Counted from the stretch's first letter, positions 36,145-45,593 are shown. The stretch is DNA of 64,000 nucleotides from an uncultured Acidimicrobiales bacterium (GCA_963802505.1 CAWDJB010000003.1:413938-477937), one strand, 5' to 3'. The notes: generated from the sequence alone by a model not told the origin. Translations and numbers: made by a program.

Positions 36145-37017
36145 ATGTCAGCCAGGGGGGAAGGCATGGCAGTCGCTCAGCGGTCTCGTCGTAGCCCGAC
36201 GGCCACCGATCCGGCAGTCGTCGATGAGGTGCTCGACGACGGCGCCGAAGACGTCGAGGCCGGTCCATCAGGCGACCTCGACACCTCGGTCGGCAAGGCG
36301 CTCGCCTTGCTCGAGGCGTTCCGCACCAGCTGCCGGCCGATGGGTGTCACCGAGCTCGCTCGGCTGGCGCACCTACCCAAGTCGACTGCGTACCGGTTGC
36401 TCGCGATCCTGCGCCAGTGGAACCTCGTCGAGCGATCCGGCTCTGACTATTGCCTGGGCAAGCACCTGTTCGAGCTCGGCAACCTCGTGCCCTACTGCCA
36501 GCCTCGAGGGCTCCGCGACGTCGCGCTGCCGTACCTGATGCGCCTGTACGAGGCCAGCCACGAGACAGTGCACCTTGCGGTGCTCGATGGCACCGACGTG
36601 CTCTACATCGAGAAGATCTACGGCCACAACCCGTGCAAGGCGCCGACCTACGTCGGTAGCCGCATGCCGGTCGAGTGCGCGGCGCTCGGCAAGGCGATGC
36701 TCGCGTTCTCCGACAAGGAAGCAGTGCTGCGAGTGCTCTCGCGTGGGCTGCAGCGCGTGTCGCCCTACACGATCGTCCAGCCTCAGCACTTCGTCGATCA
36801 GCTCGGCACCATCCGCCAGGAAGGCGTCGCCTTCGATCGGGAGGAGTCGACGATCGGGCTCACCTGCGTCGCAGCCCCCGTGCTCGGCCCCGGAGGCAAG
36901 GCGATCGCGGCCGTGTCGCTCGCGGGCCCGACCTACCGTTTCAAGCCTGATGAGTTTGCGGGGCGGGTCCGTGAAGCAGCGGTGGGGATCGCGCAGGACT
37001 TCCAGGCCGTCAATTGA
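36145..37017 (+). CDS. IclR-family transcriptional regulator
   Basis: SVGKALALLEAFRTSCRPMGVTELARLAHLPKSTAYRLLAIL (wHTH) plus a C-terminal IclR effector domain (HLAVLDGTDVLYIEKI...). ATG 36166 is an alternative start. Confidence 0.8.
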   Translation: MSARGEGMAVAQRSRRSPTATDPAVVDEVLDDGAEDVEAGPSGDLDTSVGKALALLEAFRTSCRPMGVTELARLAHLPKSTAYRLLAILRQWNLVERSGSDYCLGKHLFELGNLVPYCQPRGLRDVALPYLMRLYEASHETVHLAVLDGTDVLYIEKIYGHNPCKAPTYVGSRMPVECAALGKAMLAFSDKEAVLRVLSRGLQRVSPYTIVQPQHFVDQLGTIRQEGVAFDREESTIGLTCVAAPVLGPGGKAIAAVSLAGPTYRFKPDEFAGRVREAAVGIAQDFQAVN

Positions 37018-37607
37018 ACCCGGCAGCAACACCGCTCCGCTCTGACGCGCGCCGCAACCGTGACCGTATCCTCGTCGCGGCAGCCGAGGTGTTCGCCGAG
37101 TGCGGCGTCGACGCGCAGATGACGGACATCGCGGCTCGCGCGGAGGTCGGCATCGGCACGCTGTATCGCCACTACTCGACCAAGGAAGAGCTCATCTACT
37201 CGGTCGTCAACGCCTGGTTCGAAGACCTCCTGGTCGCGACCGAAGAGGCGGCGACGATCGCCGACCCCGCCGTGTCGTTTCGCACGTTCTTCGAGCAGAT
37301 GTGCGTCCGCGTGGCGAGCGCAGCGACGCTTGCTCGCGCGCTCCACACGCCGTTCACGACGATGCCGCGGCCGGTGCCCGCAGAACGCCGTGTCGTCGAG
37401 ATCATGTGTGAGCTCGTCGATCGCGCGCAGGTCGCGGGAACGCTGCGGCGCGACATCGTCGCCGAGGACCTGCCGCCACTGCTCGCGACGATCGCGGAGG
37501 CGTCACACGACGACTTCTACGCGCATCGCAACTGGAAGCGCTACATGGAGCTCATCCTCGACGGGCTCTGCACACCGGTACCGAGCCGGCTCGCGCCCCG
37601 CAGCTAG
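37014..37607 (+). CDS. TetR-family transcriptional regulator (TTG start overlapping the IclR stop)
   Basis: RRNRDRILVAAAEVFAECGVDAQMTDIAARAEVGIGTLYRHYSTKEEL HTH. The only start upstream of helix 1 is TTG 37014, which overlaps TGA 37015-37017. Confidence 0.75.
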   Translation: MNPAATPLRSDARRNRDRILVAAAEVFAECGVDAQMTDIAARAEVGIGTLYRHYSTKEELIYSVVNAWFEDLLVATEEAATIADPAVSFRTFFEQMCVRVASAATLARALHTPFTTMPRPVPAERRVVEIMCELVDRAQVAGTLRRDIVAEDLPPLLATIAEASHDDFYAHRNWKRYMELILDGLCTPVPSRLAPRS

Positions 37608-37625
37608 CGCGCGCAGCTCGAGCGC

Positions 37626-38456
37626 TCAGCTCGATTCCGCGGCCATCGACGCCATCATCGCCTGCATCGCCGACTTCAGGGCGATGCCGATCCCGCCGTC
37701 GCAGTTGTGGACCGTGCCCGTCGCAGTGCGCGCATCGCGACGGTTGGCGAGCAACACGAAGTGGCCGACGTAGTCGTTTGCCTCAGGCATGAAGCCGAGC
37801 GGCATGAACGACTTCGCCATCTCTGGATCCATGACATCGCCGATCTTCATGTCGCCCATGCCGAGTGACGGCACGCCGCGGAGGTCGGTGATCATCCCGC
37901 CCGGGGCGACGCCGTTCACGCGGATGTCGGGAGCGAGATCCCACGCGAGCTGCTTGACCATGCCCATCACTGCGTGCTTCGAGGTCGTGTAGAGCACGCC
38001 CCCGCCCCCCGGGTAGAAGCCGGCGTTGGACACCGTGAAGATCATCGAGCCTTTCGACGCCTTCAGCGCAGGAACGGCAGCGCGCGCCGCCAAGACGTAG
38101 CCCTTCACGTTCACGCCGAACAGCTCGTCGAAGGCCGACGCGAGGTTCTCGAGCGGCACGTCGGCGATGTTGACGTTGAAGTCCCAGATGCCGGCGTTGC
38201 CGACGAGGCAGTCGAGCTTGCCGAAGGCCGCCACGGTGTCGTCGACCGCTCGCTGGTTGTCGTCGGCGACGGTGACGTCGCCCACGGTCACGCTGACCTT
38301 GTCGCCGAGCGCGGAGTCGAGGTCGGCAGCCTTGTCCTTCGACTTCTCGAGCACGCCGACTCGCGCGCCTTCCTCGATGAACCGCTCGACCACGGCACGG
38401 CCCAGGCCGCTTCCCCCACCGGTGACCAGCGCGACCTCTCCATCCAGCTGACCCAT
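37626..38456 (-). CDS. bphB: cis-2,3-dihydro-2,3-diol dehydrogenase (classical SDR), BphB-like
   Basis: Start ATG 38456 with GGAGGGGG 6 nt upstream. [49 protein letters not shown]. By-eye colinear with BphB sequences I recall. Confidence 0.85.
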   Translation of the reverse strand: MGQLDGEVALVTGGGSGLGRAVVERFIEEGARVGVLEKSKDKAADLDSALGDKVSVTVGDVTVADDNQRAVDDTVAAFGKLDCLVGNAGIWDFNVNIADVPLENLASAFDELFGVNVKGYVLAARAAVPALKASKGSMIFTVSNAGFYPGGGGVLYTTSKHAVMGMVKQLAWDLAPDIRVNGVAPGGMITDLRGVPSLGMGDMKIGDVMDPEMAKSFMPLGFMPEANDYVGHFVLLANRRDARTATGTVHNCDGGIGIALKSAMQAMMASMAAESS

Positions 38457-39556
38457 GACGTCCCCCTCCGTTGACCGAACCTCGAGCGCGACGCGCTGAC
38501 AGCGTGCCCGTTGGCGATCTCGACGGCGACGTCGATGATCTGATCTTCCTGGCCGCCGACCAACTTGCGCTCGGCGCATCGCAACAGGATCTCGGCGCCG
38601 GACACGTCGTAGCGCTCGGCCGCGCGGTAGGCGTGCTTGAGGAAGCTCGAGTACACGCCCGCGTAGCCCATGATGAGCGCGAGCCGATCGAGCAGGCACT
38701 CGCCGTCCATCACCGGACGCACGATGTCCTCGGCGACGTCGATCAGCGCGAGCACGTCGACGCCGGTCTCGATGCCGAGCCGATCGCACACAGCCGCGAG
38801 CGCCTCGCACGGAGTGTTTCCCGCCCCTGCGCCGAAACGTCGTGTCGAACCGTCGATCTGCACCGCGCCGGCACGGTGCGCGACCAGGCTGTTCGCGACC
38901 CCGAGCGCGAGGTTCTCGTGGCCGTGGAAGCCGACCTGGGCGTCGTCGCCAAGCTCTGCGACGAGAGCAGCGACGCGCTCGCCGACCTGGTCGAGGATCA
39001 GCGCGCCCGCGGAGTCGACGACGTAGACGCACTGGCAGCCGGCGTCGGCCATGATCCGAGATTGCACCGCCAGCGAGTCCGGGTCGCTGGTGTGCGCCAT
39101 CATCAGGAAGCCGACGGTCTCGAGGCCCAGCTCGCGGGCGAGGCCGAAGTGCTGGATGGAGATGTCGGCTTCGGTGCAGTGGGTCGCGACACGCACGATC
39201 GACACGCCCGCGTCGGCGATGTACTTGATGTCGTCCTTGGTGCCGACGCCCGGAAGCATCAGCGCGGCGATCTTGGCGGTGTCGGCGACCTTCACCGCGG
39301 TCGCCATGAGCTCGCGCTCGTCGGTGAGCGAGAAGCCGTAGTTGTAGGAGGACCCGCCGAGGCCATCGCCGTGCGTCACTTCGATCACCGGCACGCCCGC
39401 GGCATCGAGCCCCGAGACGATGTCGCGGACATGGTCGGTGGTGAAGCGGTGGCGCTTCGCGTGGGACCCGTCGCGGAGGCTCGTGTCGGTCAGCCGGAAG
39501 TCGAGCGTGTCCGAGTACTGCCGCGCTCCGTACTTCGCGGTCGAGGGTGCATCCAT
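38288..39556 (-). CDS. 4-hydroxy-2-oxovalerate aldolase (DmpG/MhpE/BphI/HsaF family) with an unexpected 61-codon 3' extension
   Basis: [58 protein letters not shown]. The frame does not stop until 38288, overlapping the bphB-like gene by 169 nt. Confidence 0.85.
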   Translation of the reverse strand: MDAPSTAKYGARQYSDTLDFRLTDTSLRDGSHAKRHRFTTDHVRDIVSGLDAAGVPVIEVTHGDGLGGSSYNYGFSLTDERELMATAVKVADTAKIAALMLPGVGTKDDIKYIADAGVSIVRVATHCTEADISIQHFGLARELGLETVGFLMMAHTSDPDSLAVQSRIMADAGCQCVYVVDSAGALILDQVGERVAALVAELGDDAQVGFHGHENLALGVANSLVAHRAGAVQIDGSTRRFGAGAGNTPCEALAAVCDRLGIETGVDVLALIDVAEDIVRPVMDGECLLDRLALIMGYAGVYSSFLKHAYRAAERYDVSGAEILLRCAERKLVGGQEDQIIDVAVEIANGHAVSASRSRFGQRRGTSWVSWMERSRWSPVGEAAWAVPWSSGSSRKARESACSRSRRTRLPTSTPRSATRSA

Positions 39557-40347
39557 CAGGGGGTCTCCTCCGGGCTGATGATCGCTCGGACGGAACCGAG
39601 CCCTTCGATGGTCACTTCGGAGCGCTGACCGGCGGCGATCGGCGCCATGCGGCCGAGAGCGCCGCTCATGATCACGTCGCCCGCGCGCATCGGTGTGCCG
39701 CGCGTGGCCATCGTCCGTGCGAGCCAGAGCGCCGCGTTCAGCGGGTGCCCGAGGCACGCCTCGCCAACGCCTTCGGAAACCACGTCACCGTCAACGGTGA
39801 GCTGCATCTTGCAGGACCGGAGGTCGACATCGGGCAGGCGCACGGGTCGGTTGCCGAGCACGAACGCACCTGAGCTCGCGTTGTCGGCGATCGTGTCGAC
39901 GATGCTGATCTGCCATCCGCTGATGCGCGACGCGACGACTTCGATCGCGGGCACGACGAAGTCCACCGCGGACATCAGCTCGACGATCGTCGTGTCCGGA
40001 TGGGGGAGGTCGCGAGCGAGCACGATCGCAACCTCGCCCTCGACGCGAGGTTGCGGCACCTTCCGAGCGGGGATCGGCTCGGCGTCGCCGTAGCAAGTGT
40101 CGGCGAACAGCGCGCCGAAGTCGGGCTCGTACACACCGAACTGCTCTTGCACCGCGAGTGACGTCAGGCCGATCTTGCGGCCGATCAGCCGACGGCCGAG
40201 CGAGAGCGATCGAGCGGTGTTGATCAGCTGGACCTCGTACGCAGCTTCGACGTCGCCCTCTTTGAGGTCGCCGAGCAGCGGGTCGATCGTCACCGCGTTC
40301 TGCTCGGCCTCCCAAAGGCGGTCTGCCAGCGCTTGTGCCGTCGTCAT
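39556..40347 (-). CDS. 2-oxopent-4-enoate (2-keto-4-pentenoate) hydratase (MhpD/BphH/HsaE family)
   Basis: 263 aa. [34 protein letters not shown], and a FAH-fold C-terminus. TGATG overlap with the aldolase start. Confidence 0.85.
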   Translation of the reverse strand: MTTAQALADRLWEAEQNAVTIDPLLGDLKEGDVEAAYEVQLINTARSLSLGRRLIGRKIGLTSLAVQEQFGVYEPDFGALFADTCYGDAEPIPARKVPQPRVEGEVAIVLARDLPHPDTTIVELMSAVDFVVPAIEVVASRISGWQISIVDTIADNASSGAFVLGNRPVRLPDVDLRSCKMQLTVDGDVVSEGVGEACLGHPLNAALWLARTMATRGTPMRAGDVIMSGALGRMAPIAAGQRSEVTIEGLGSVRAIISPEETP

Positions 40348-41240
40348 CGGGCCCCTTCCAGCAGGTGCCGCGCGATCACCTCGCCCACCTTCGTCGCGGC
40401 GGCGGTCATGATGTCGAGGTTCCCAGAGTACGAGGGGAGGAAGTCACCCGCCCCCTCGACCTCGAGGAAGATCGCCACGCGGCCGAGGTCACCGAACACA
40501 CCGGGCGGATCGAACTGCGGCTCCGAGCGCAGGCGATAGCCCGGCACGTACTGCTGCACCTCGGAGACCATGTCGACGATCGAAGCGCCGATCTTCTCCT
40601 CGTCGACGTCGGTGGGCAGCGAGCAGAAGATCGTGTCTCGCATGATCAGCGGCGGCTCGGCGGGGTTGAGGATGATGATCGCCTTGCCCCGCTGCGCGCC
40701 ACCGATCGCCTCGACCGCCGACGCCGTCGTGCTCGTGAACTCGTCGATGTTCGCTCGCGTGCCGGGGCCCGCCGACTTCGATGCGACCGTCGCGACGATC
40801 TCCGCGTAGGCGACAGGGACACAGCGCGAGACCGCGTAGACCATCGGGATCGTCGCCTGGCCGCCGCAGGTCACCATGTTCACGTTTGGTTCCGAGATGT
40901 GCTCGGACAGATTCACCGGCGGGATCACGTAGGGGCCGCGGGCTGCGGGCGTGAGGTCGATCGCCCGGATGCCGGCCTCTCGGTAGCGAGGCGCATTGCG
41001 CACGTGGACGTACGCAGAGGTCGCTTCGAACACCATGTCGGGCTTCTCGGGCCGGGCGAGCAGCCAGTCGAGTCCCTCATGTGATGCCTCGACTCCCGCC
41101 GCGCGCGCCCGAGCCAGCCCTTCGGACTCGGGCTCCACGCCGACCATCGCCACTGGCTCGATCCAGTCCGAGCGCAGGAGCTTGTAGAGCAGGTCGGTGC
41201 CGATGTTGCCCGATCCGACGATCGCCGCGGTCGCCTTCAC
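40344..41240 (-). CDS. Acetaldehyde dehydrogenase (acylating) (DmpF/MhpF/BphJ/HsaG family)
   Basis: GTG 41240 gives [24 protein letters not shown]. An internal [11 protein letters not shown] motif is present. 4-nt overlap with the hydratase start. Confidence 0.85.
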   Translation of the reverse strand: MKATAAIVGSGNIGTDLLYKLLRSDWIEPVAMVGVEPESEGLARARAAGVEASHEGLDWLLARPEKPDMVFEATSAYVHVRNAPRYREAGIRAIDLTPAARGPYVIPPVNLSEHISEPNVNMVTCGGQATIPMVYAVSRCVPVAYAEIVATVASKSAGPGTRANIDEFTSTTASAVEAIGGAQRGKAIIILNPAEPPLIMRDTIFCSLPTDVDEEKIGASIVDMVSEVQQYVPGYRLRSEPQFDPPGVFGDLGRVAIFLEVEGAGDFLPSYSGNLDIMTAAATKVGEVIARHLLEGAR

Positions 41241-41307
41241 CGAGGGAGCGTCCCTCGTAGGGCGTGACGAGGGAAGAGTCGGGTTCCACCCGACGAAACC
41301 CGTCACG
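41241..41307. promoter_or_regulatory. Palindrome-rich divergent spacer between the lower-pathway operon and beta-5
   Basis: CGAGGGA-GCG-TCCCTCG (41241-41257). Nested repeats CGTGACG (41263-41269) / CGTCACG (41301-41307), enclosing GTCGGG (41278-41283) / CCCGAC (41289-41294). Confidence 0.3.
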
Positions 41308-41341
41308 TGCGCAGATCGCACCCGGCGCGCACACTCGACCC

Positions 41342-41887
41342 ATGGCCGTGGAGGCGTCGAAGACCCGCGTCCGGGTAGATCCCGAGACGTACTACGACAT
41401 CGAGCAGTTCCTTCTCGACGAGGCGGACCTCCTCGATGAGCGCCGATTCGAGGAGTGGATCGAGCTCATGGCCGACGACGTCCACTACTGGATGCCGACG
41501 AGAGCGAACCGCCTGGCGCGTGAGCTCGACCGAGAGATCTCGGCTCCGGACGAAGCCGCGTTCTTCGACGAGACCAAGGAACATCTGCAGCAGCGTCTGT
41601 TCCGCTTGCAGACGGGCATGGCGTGGGCTGAGGATCCGCCGTCTCGCACACGGCATCTCGTGACGAACCTCCGCGTCTACCCGACTGACGACCCCAACGA
41701 GTACGACGTCGAGACGTCGTTCTTGCTCTATCGCACCCGGCTCGAGCGCGAGATGGACCTCTTCGTGGGCAAGCGGTTCGACCGCTTGCGTCGCGCCGAC
41801 AACCCCTACGGTTGGCAGATCGCGAAGCGCAAGATCATCCTCGACCAATCGACGCTGCTGGCGAAGAACCTCAGCTCGTTCTTCTGA
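41342..41887 (+). CDS. Ring-hydroxylating oxygenase beta subunit (beta-5, type B), not adjacent to any alpha subunit
   Basis: Start ATG 41342. [42 protein letters not shown]-terminal LSSFF. Confidence 0.85.
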   Translation: MAVEASKTRVRVDPETYYDIEQFLLDEADLLDERRFEEWIELMADDVHYWMPTRANRLARELDREISAPDEAAFFDETKEHLQQRLFRLQTGMAWAEDPPSRTRHLVTNLRVYPTDDPNEYDVETSFLLYRTRLEREMDLFVGKRFDRLRRADNPYGWQIAKRKIILDQSTLLAKNLSSFF

Positions 41888-41893
41888 GCGGCG

Positions 41894-42907
41894 GTGCAGT
41901 ACCAGACGCTGGGGCCCTCGGGTCTCTATGTCTCGCGCATCTGCATCGGGAGCGCGACGTTCGGCGCCGGCCCCCTGGCCGACGAGGCCGAGCGGATCGT
42001 GCACCGCGCACTCGACCTCGGGATCAACTTCTTCGACACGGCGAACTCCTACGGCAACCAGCCGAGGTTCGACCGTCCGGGCGCACCTCCGGCGGCCGAG
42101 CGGGCGAGCGCCGAGGAGATCATGGGGAAGGCCCTGCGGGGCGTCCGCGACGAGATCGTCCTGGCCAGCAAGCTCTCGGAGGCGATCGGCCCCGGCCCGA
42201 ACGACGGACGCGTCCCGGGACCCAAAGCGGTGAACCCGGGTGGCGGCCTGTCGCGCTACCACATGCTCCGCGAGGTCGACCGCAGCCTGCAGCGGCTCGG
42301 CACCGACCACCTCGACATCCTCTACGCGCATCATCCCGACCCGACGACGCCGCTCGAGCAGACGATGCAGGCGTTCGACGACCTCGTGCGGGCGGGGAAG
42401 ATCCGCTATGGCGCGCTCTCGACGTTTCCCGCGTGGCAGATGGTCGAGGCGCTGTGGGTGTGCGACCGGCTCGGGCTGGGGGCGCCGATCTGCAATCAGG
42501 TGATGTACAGCATGCTGAGTCGGGAAGTGGAGCGCGAGATCGTGCCCGCGTGCCTTCGCACCGGGATGACGCTCACGGCGTTCAGCCCCCTCGCTGGCGG
42601 GTTGCTCGCGGGCTCCGCGGTGCTCGAGCGGTCGGTGAGCGGATGGCAGCGCTTCGGGTCGGCGCGCACGTACCCGCCCGAGCAGATCGAGACGGCGCGT
42701 CGGGTCGAGACGCTCGGCGCGGAATGGGGGATCGAGGCGGCACAGCTGGCGTTGGCGTGGCTGCTGTCGCGGCCCATGCTCACGAGCGCGGTCGTCGGAC
42801 CCGAAGTCGTGGCGGAGGTGGACGCGAACGTCGGCGCGGTCGACGTGCAGCTCGACGCCGTGCAGCTCGCGCAGCTCGACGAGGTGTTGGGGCCGGTCAG
42901 CCCTTGA
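41894..42907 (+). CDS. Aldo/keto reductase (AKR-3, paralogue of AKR-2)
   Basis: 337 aa. GINFFDTANSYG, GGLSRYHMLREVDRSLQRLGTDHLDILYAHHPD, FSPLAGGLLAG. Confidence 0.85.
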   Translation: MQYQTLGPSGLYVSRICIGSATFGAGPLADEAERIVHRALDLGINFFDTANSYGNQPRFDRPGAPPAAERASAEEIMGKALRGVRDEIVLASKLSEAIGPGPNDGRVPGPKAVNPGGGLSRYHMLREVDRSLQRLGTDHLDILYAHHPDPTTPLEQTMQAFDDLVRAGKIRYGALSTFPAWQMVEALWVCDRLGLGAPICNQVMYSMLSREVEREIVPACLRTGMTLTAFSPLAGGLLAGSAVLERSVSGWQRFGSARTYPPEQIETARRVETLGAEWGIEAAQLALAWLLSRPMLTSAVVGPEVVAEVDANVGAVDVQLDAVQLAQLDEVLGPVSP

Positions 42908-42910
42908 CGC

Positions 42911-43858
42911 TCAACCCTTGATGAACTCGATGAGCACCTGGTCGTGCTCCTCGGGCTTCTCCCACTGCGGCCAGTGCGCCGCGTCGAGCATGTTGTAGAA
43001 GCTCGCGCCGGGGATGAGGCTCGCGCAGTACTCGCCGTAGTCAGGTGCCTGGCCGGGGTTGTGTTCGGTCCAGAACACGAGGGACTCGGGCTTGAAGGTC
43101 GCCACGTCGTCCTCGGTGAAGCGCAGCTTGCGAGTCCACGGCCGACCGATGCGATACACCTTCTGCATCGACTCGTAGATCTCCAGGAACGAGTACAGGC
43201 GCAGCCGGATCTCGACCATCTCGTCGGTCATGCGCTCCGGGCTCGCGACGAGCCACTCCATGCGCTTGCGAACGTTCTCGAACGTGGGGCTGACGACCGA
43301 CTGCTGCGACAGCTCCTGGAGCGTCGAGCCGCCGCCCGGGTTCTCCTTGAAGTCCTTCTTCTTCAGGTCGACCGGGCCGAACCCGGTGTTCATGATCAGC
43401 TTCCCCGCGAGCTCGGGATGACGCATGCCGAACTCGAACGTGATCGCGCCCCCCATCGACTCGCCCTCGATGTGGGCGTAGTCGTGGCCGAGCGCTTGGA
43501 TGAGGTCGGCGAGGGCGTCGGCCTGCAGCTCGGTCCAGTGCTCCTCGTCCCAGCCGTCCTTCTGGCTGAAGCCGTGGAACAGGGCGTCGATCGCGTAGAC
43601 GTGGAATCCGTGGTTCGCGAGGTTGTGGAGGCTGCGGGCGTACGTCTCGGCATGACCGCCGATGCCGTGGATCAGGATCAGGGGCTCGCCGGTGCTGTCG
43701 CCCGCCTCGATGACACGGTGGTACGAGTGCTTCCCTTGCACGATGCGGGTCTGCGTGCCCAGCAGCTCGACAGCGACGGATTGCCACTCGTCGAGCGGCT
43801 TCGCCTTGGGCGTGTTGTTCAGCGTCAGCACCTTGGTCATGACACGACTCTGCGCCAC
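42911..43858 (-). CDS. Alpha/beta-fold hydrolase, meta-cleavage-product hydrolase-like (H1b, paralogue of H1a)
   Basis: IHGIGGHAETYARSL, GESMGG, AAHWPQWEKPEEH. Met7 (43840) is an alternative start. Confidence 0.75.
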   Translation of the reverse strand: MAQSRVMTKVLTLNNTPKAKPLDEWQSVAVELLGTQTRIVQGKHSYHRVIEAGDSTGEPLILIHGIGGHAETYARSLHNLANHGFHVYAIDALFHGFSQKDGWDEEHWTELQADALADLIQALGHDYAHIEGESMGGAITFEFGMRHPELAGKLIMNTGFGPVDLKKKDFKENPGGGSTLQELSQQSVVSPTFENVRKRMEWLVASPERMTDEMVEIRLRLYSFLEIYESMQKVYRIGRPWTRKLRFTEDDVATFKPESLVFWTEHNPGQAPDYGEYCASLIPGASFYNMLDAAHWPQWEKPEEHDQVLIEFIKG

Positions 43859-43917
43859 GTTCGGATTCGCGTCGCCCGCGCTGTTCCCCTGAGTTGAACA
43901 CCTGCTAGTACGGCCGA

Positions 43918-44820
43918 GTGCCAGCGGTCGAAGTCAGTGGCCTGAAGAAGGCGTACGGCCCGCTCGAAGCGGTGCGGGGCATCGACTTCACCGTGGAGCA
44001 GGGCGAGGTGTTCGCTCTCTTGGGCCCGAACGGCGCGGGCAAGACGACCACGCTCGAGATCCTCGAGGGATTTCTCGCCAGGAGCAGCGGCACCGTGCGC
44101 GTGCTCGGCGTCGACCCGGCCGACGCGGATCGACCGTGGCGAGAGCGCGTCGGCATCGTGTTCCAGGGTGCAGTGGTCGAGCCCTACCTCAAAGTGCGCG
44201 AGGTGCTCGAACGCAACGCGGGCTACTACCCGAAGCCTCGGGGCGTGGAGGAAGTGCTCGAGCTCGTCGGGCTTCGGGAGAAGGCGGACGCGCGCGCGAA
44301 GACGCTCTCGGGTGGACAGCAACGGCGCCTCGACGTCGCTCTCGGCATCATCGGCGCGCCGGAGCTTCTCTTTCTCGACGAGCCCACGACGGGCTTCGAT
44401 CCGACTGCACGGCGAGGGGCATGGGAGCTCGTCGACCGGCTCCGCGACGAAGGCGCGACGATCATCCTCACGACCCACTACATGGACGAGGCCCAGCACC
44501 TCGCCGACCGTGTCGTCGTCATCAACCAGGGCGAGATCGTCGCGTCGGGCACTCCCGAGACCATCGGCGGGCGCGCGGAAGCGGCGGTGCGCATCCGGTT
44601 CGGGCTGCCGGCTGATGTCGATGCCGACTCGATGCCGATGGCGGGCACCCGTGACGGTCATGGCATCTACGTCATCGAGACGACCGACGAGGTGCGCGTC
44701 TTGCACGCGTTGACCTCATGGGCGCTCGACCGGGGGATCGACCTCGTCGGGCTCACAGTCGACCGGCCGTCCCTCGAGGACGTCTACATCGAGCTGACAT
44801 CTGCGGAGGTCGTGGAGTGA
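43918..44820 (+). CDS. ABC transporter ATP-binding protein (ABC-2/DrrA-like)
   Basis: GPNGAGKTT, LSGGQQRRLDVALGI, LLFLDEPTTGFD. Confidence 0.85.
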   Translation: MPAVEVSGLKKAYGPLEAVRGIDFTVEQGEVFALLGPNGAGKTTTLEILEGFLARSSGTVRVLGVDPADADRPWRERVGIVFQGAVVEPYLKVREVLERNAGYYPKPRGVEEVLELVGLREKADARAKTLSGGQQRRLDVALGIIGAPELLFLDEPTTGFDPTARRGAWELVDRLRDEGATIILTTHYMDEAQHLADRVVVINQGEIVASGTPETIGGRAEAAVRIRFGLPADVDADSMPMAGTRDGHGIYVIETTDEVRVLHALTSWALDRGIDLVGLTVDRPSLEDVYIELTSAEVVE

Positions 44821-45593
44821 ACGCTGTCGCGCTCTCGGCCCATCAGCTCCGCTACGAGCAGAAGAGCTACTGGCGGAACCCCGCATCGGCCGTCTTCACG
44901 TTCGCGTTCCCCGTGGTCTTCCTGCTGCTCTTCGGATCACTGAACACCGGCAGCACCATCGACTTCCTCGGCGGACTGAAGTGGAACCAGTACTACATCG
45001 CCGGGATCTTGTGCTTCGGCGTGATCAGCGCATCGTTCACGAACCTCGCGATGACGGTCTGCATCCGTCGCGACGAGGGGGTGCTGAAGCGACTCCGGGG
45101 GACACCGCTGCCGGCGACGTCGCTGTTCGGGGGACTGCTGTTGAACTCGCTCGTGGTCGCGGCCGTGCTGACTGCGATCTTGCTGAGCATCGCGGTCGCG
45201 TTCTTCGACGTGACGTTCCCTGGGCACTGGGGCGCCCTCGTGGTGTCGCTGATCGTCGGTACGGCTGCGTTCTGCGCGCTCGGCGTCGCCGTGGCAGCAG
45301 TCATCCCTCACGCTGACGCCGCGCCGGCGATCGTGAACGGGATCCTCTTTCCGATCCTGTTCGTCTCGGGTGTGTTCTTCCCCGTGCAGGACGACTCGGT
45401 CCTGACCAGGATCGGTGACATCTTCCCGGTGCGGCACTTCGTCAACGCGGTGTTCTCTGCGTTCGACCCTCGCATCGCGCACGGCCTCGCCCATGGGTGG
45501 AACTGGGGCGACCTCGCGATCGTCGCGGCGTGGGGCGTCGCCGGGGCGATCGTCGCCGTGCGCAAGTTCCGCTGGGATCCCCGCCGCGGTTAG
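44817..45593 (+). CDS. ABC-2 type transporter permease
   Basis: GTG 44817 overlaps the ATPase stop (GTGA). Six hydrophobic segments. YEQKSYWRNPASAVFTFAFPVVFLLLFG is a typical ABC-2 N-terminus. Confidence 0.75.
   Translation: MNAVALSAHQLRYEQKSYWRNPASAVFTFAFPVVFLLLFGSLNTGSTIDFLGGLKWNQYYIAGILCFGVISASFTNLAMTVCIRRDEGVLKRLRGTPLPATSLFGGLLLNSLVVAAVLTAILLSIAVAFFDVTFPGHWGALVVSLIVGTAAFCALGVAVAAVIPHADAAPAIVNGILFPILFVSGVFFPVQDDSVLTRIGDIFPVRHFVNAVFSAFDPRIAHGLAHGWNWGDLAIVAAWGVAGAIVAVRKFRWDPRRG

Noticed and set aside
37626-39032. The 468-aa version of the BphB-like ORF, with a ~190-aa Arg-rich N-terminal extension.
   Set aside because: The extension overlaps the well-supported aldolase gene in another frame. 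The SDR fold begins at [17 protein letters not shown], with a strong GGAGGGGG RBS before ATG 38456.
43269-43284. CGAACGTTCTCGAACG, an SOS-like half-site cluster.
   Set aside because: It lies inside the H1b hydrolase coding region and lacks the CGAAC-N4-GTTCG geometry.
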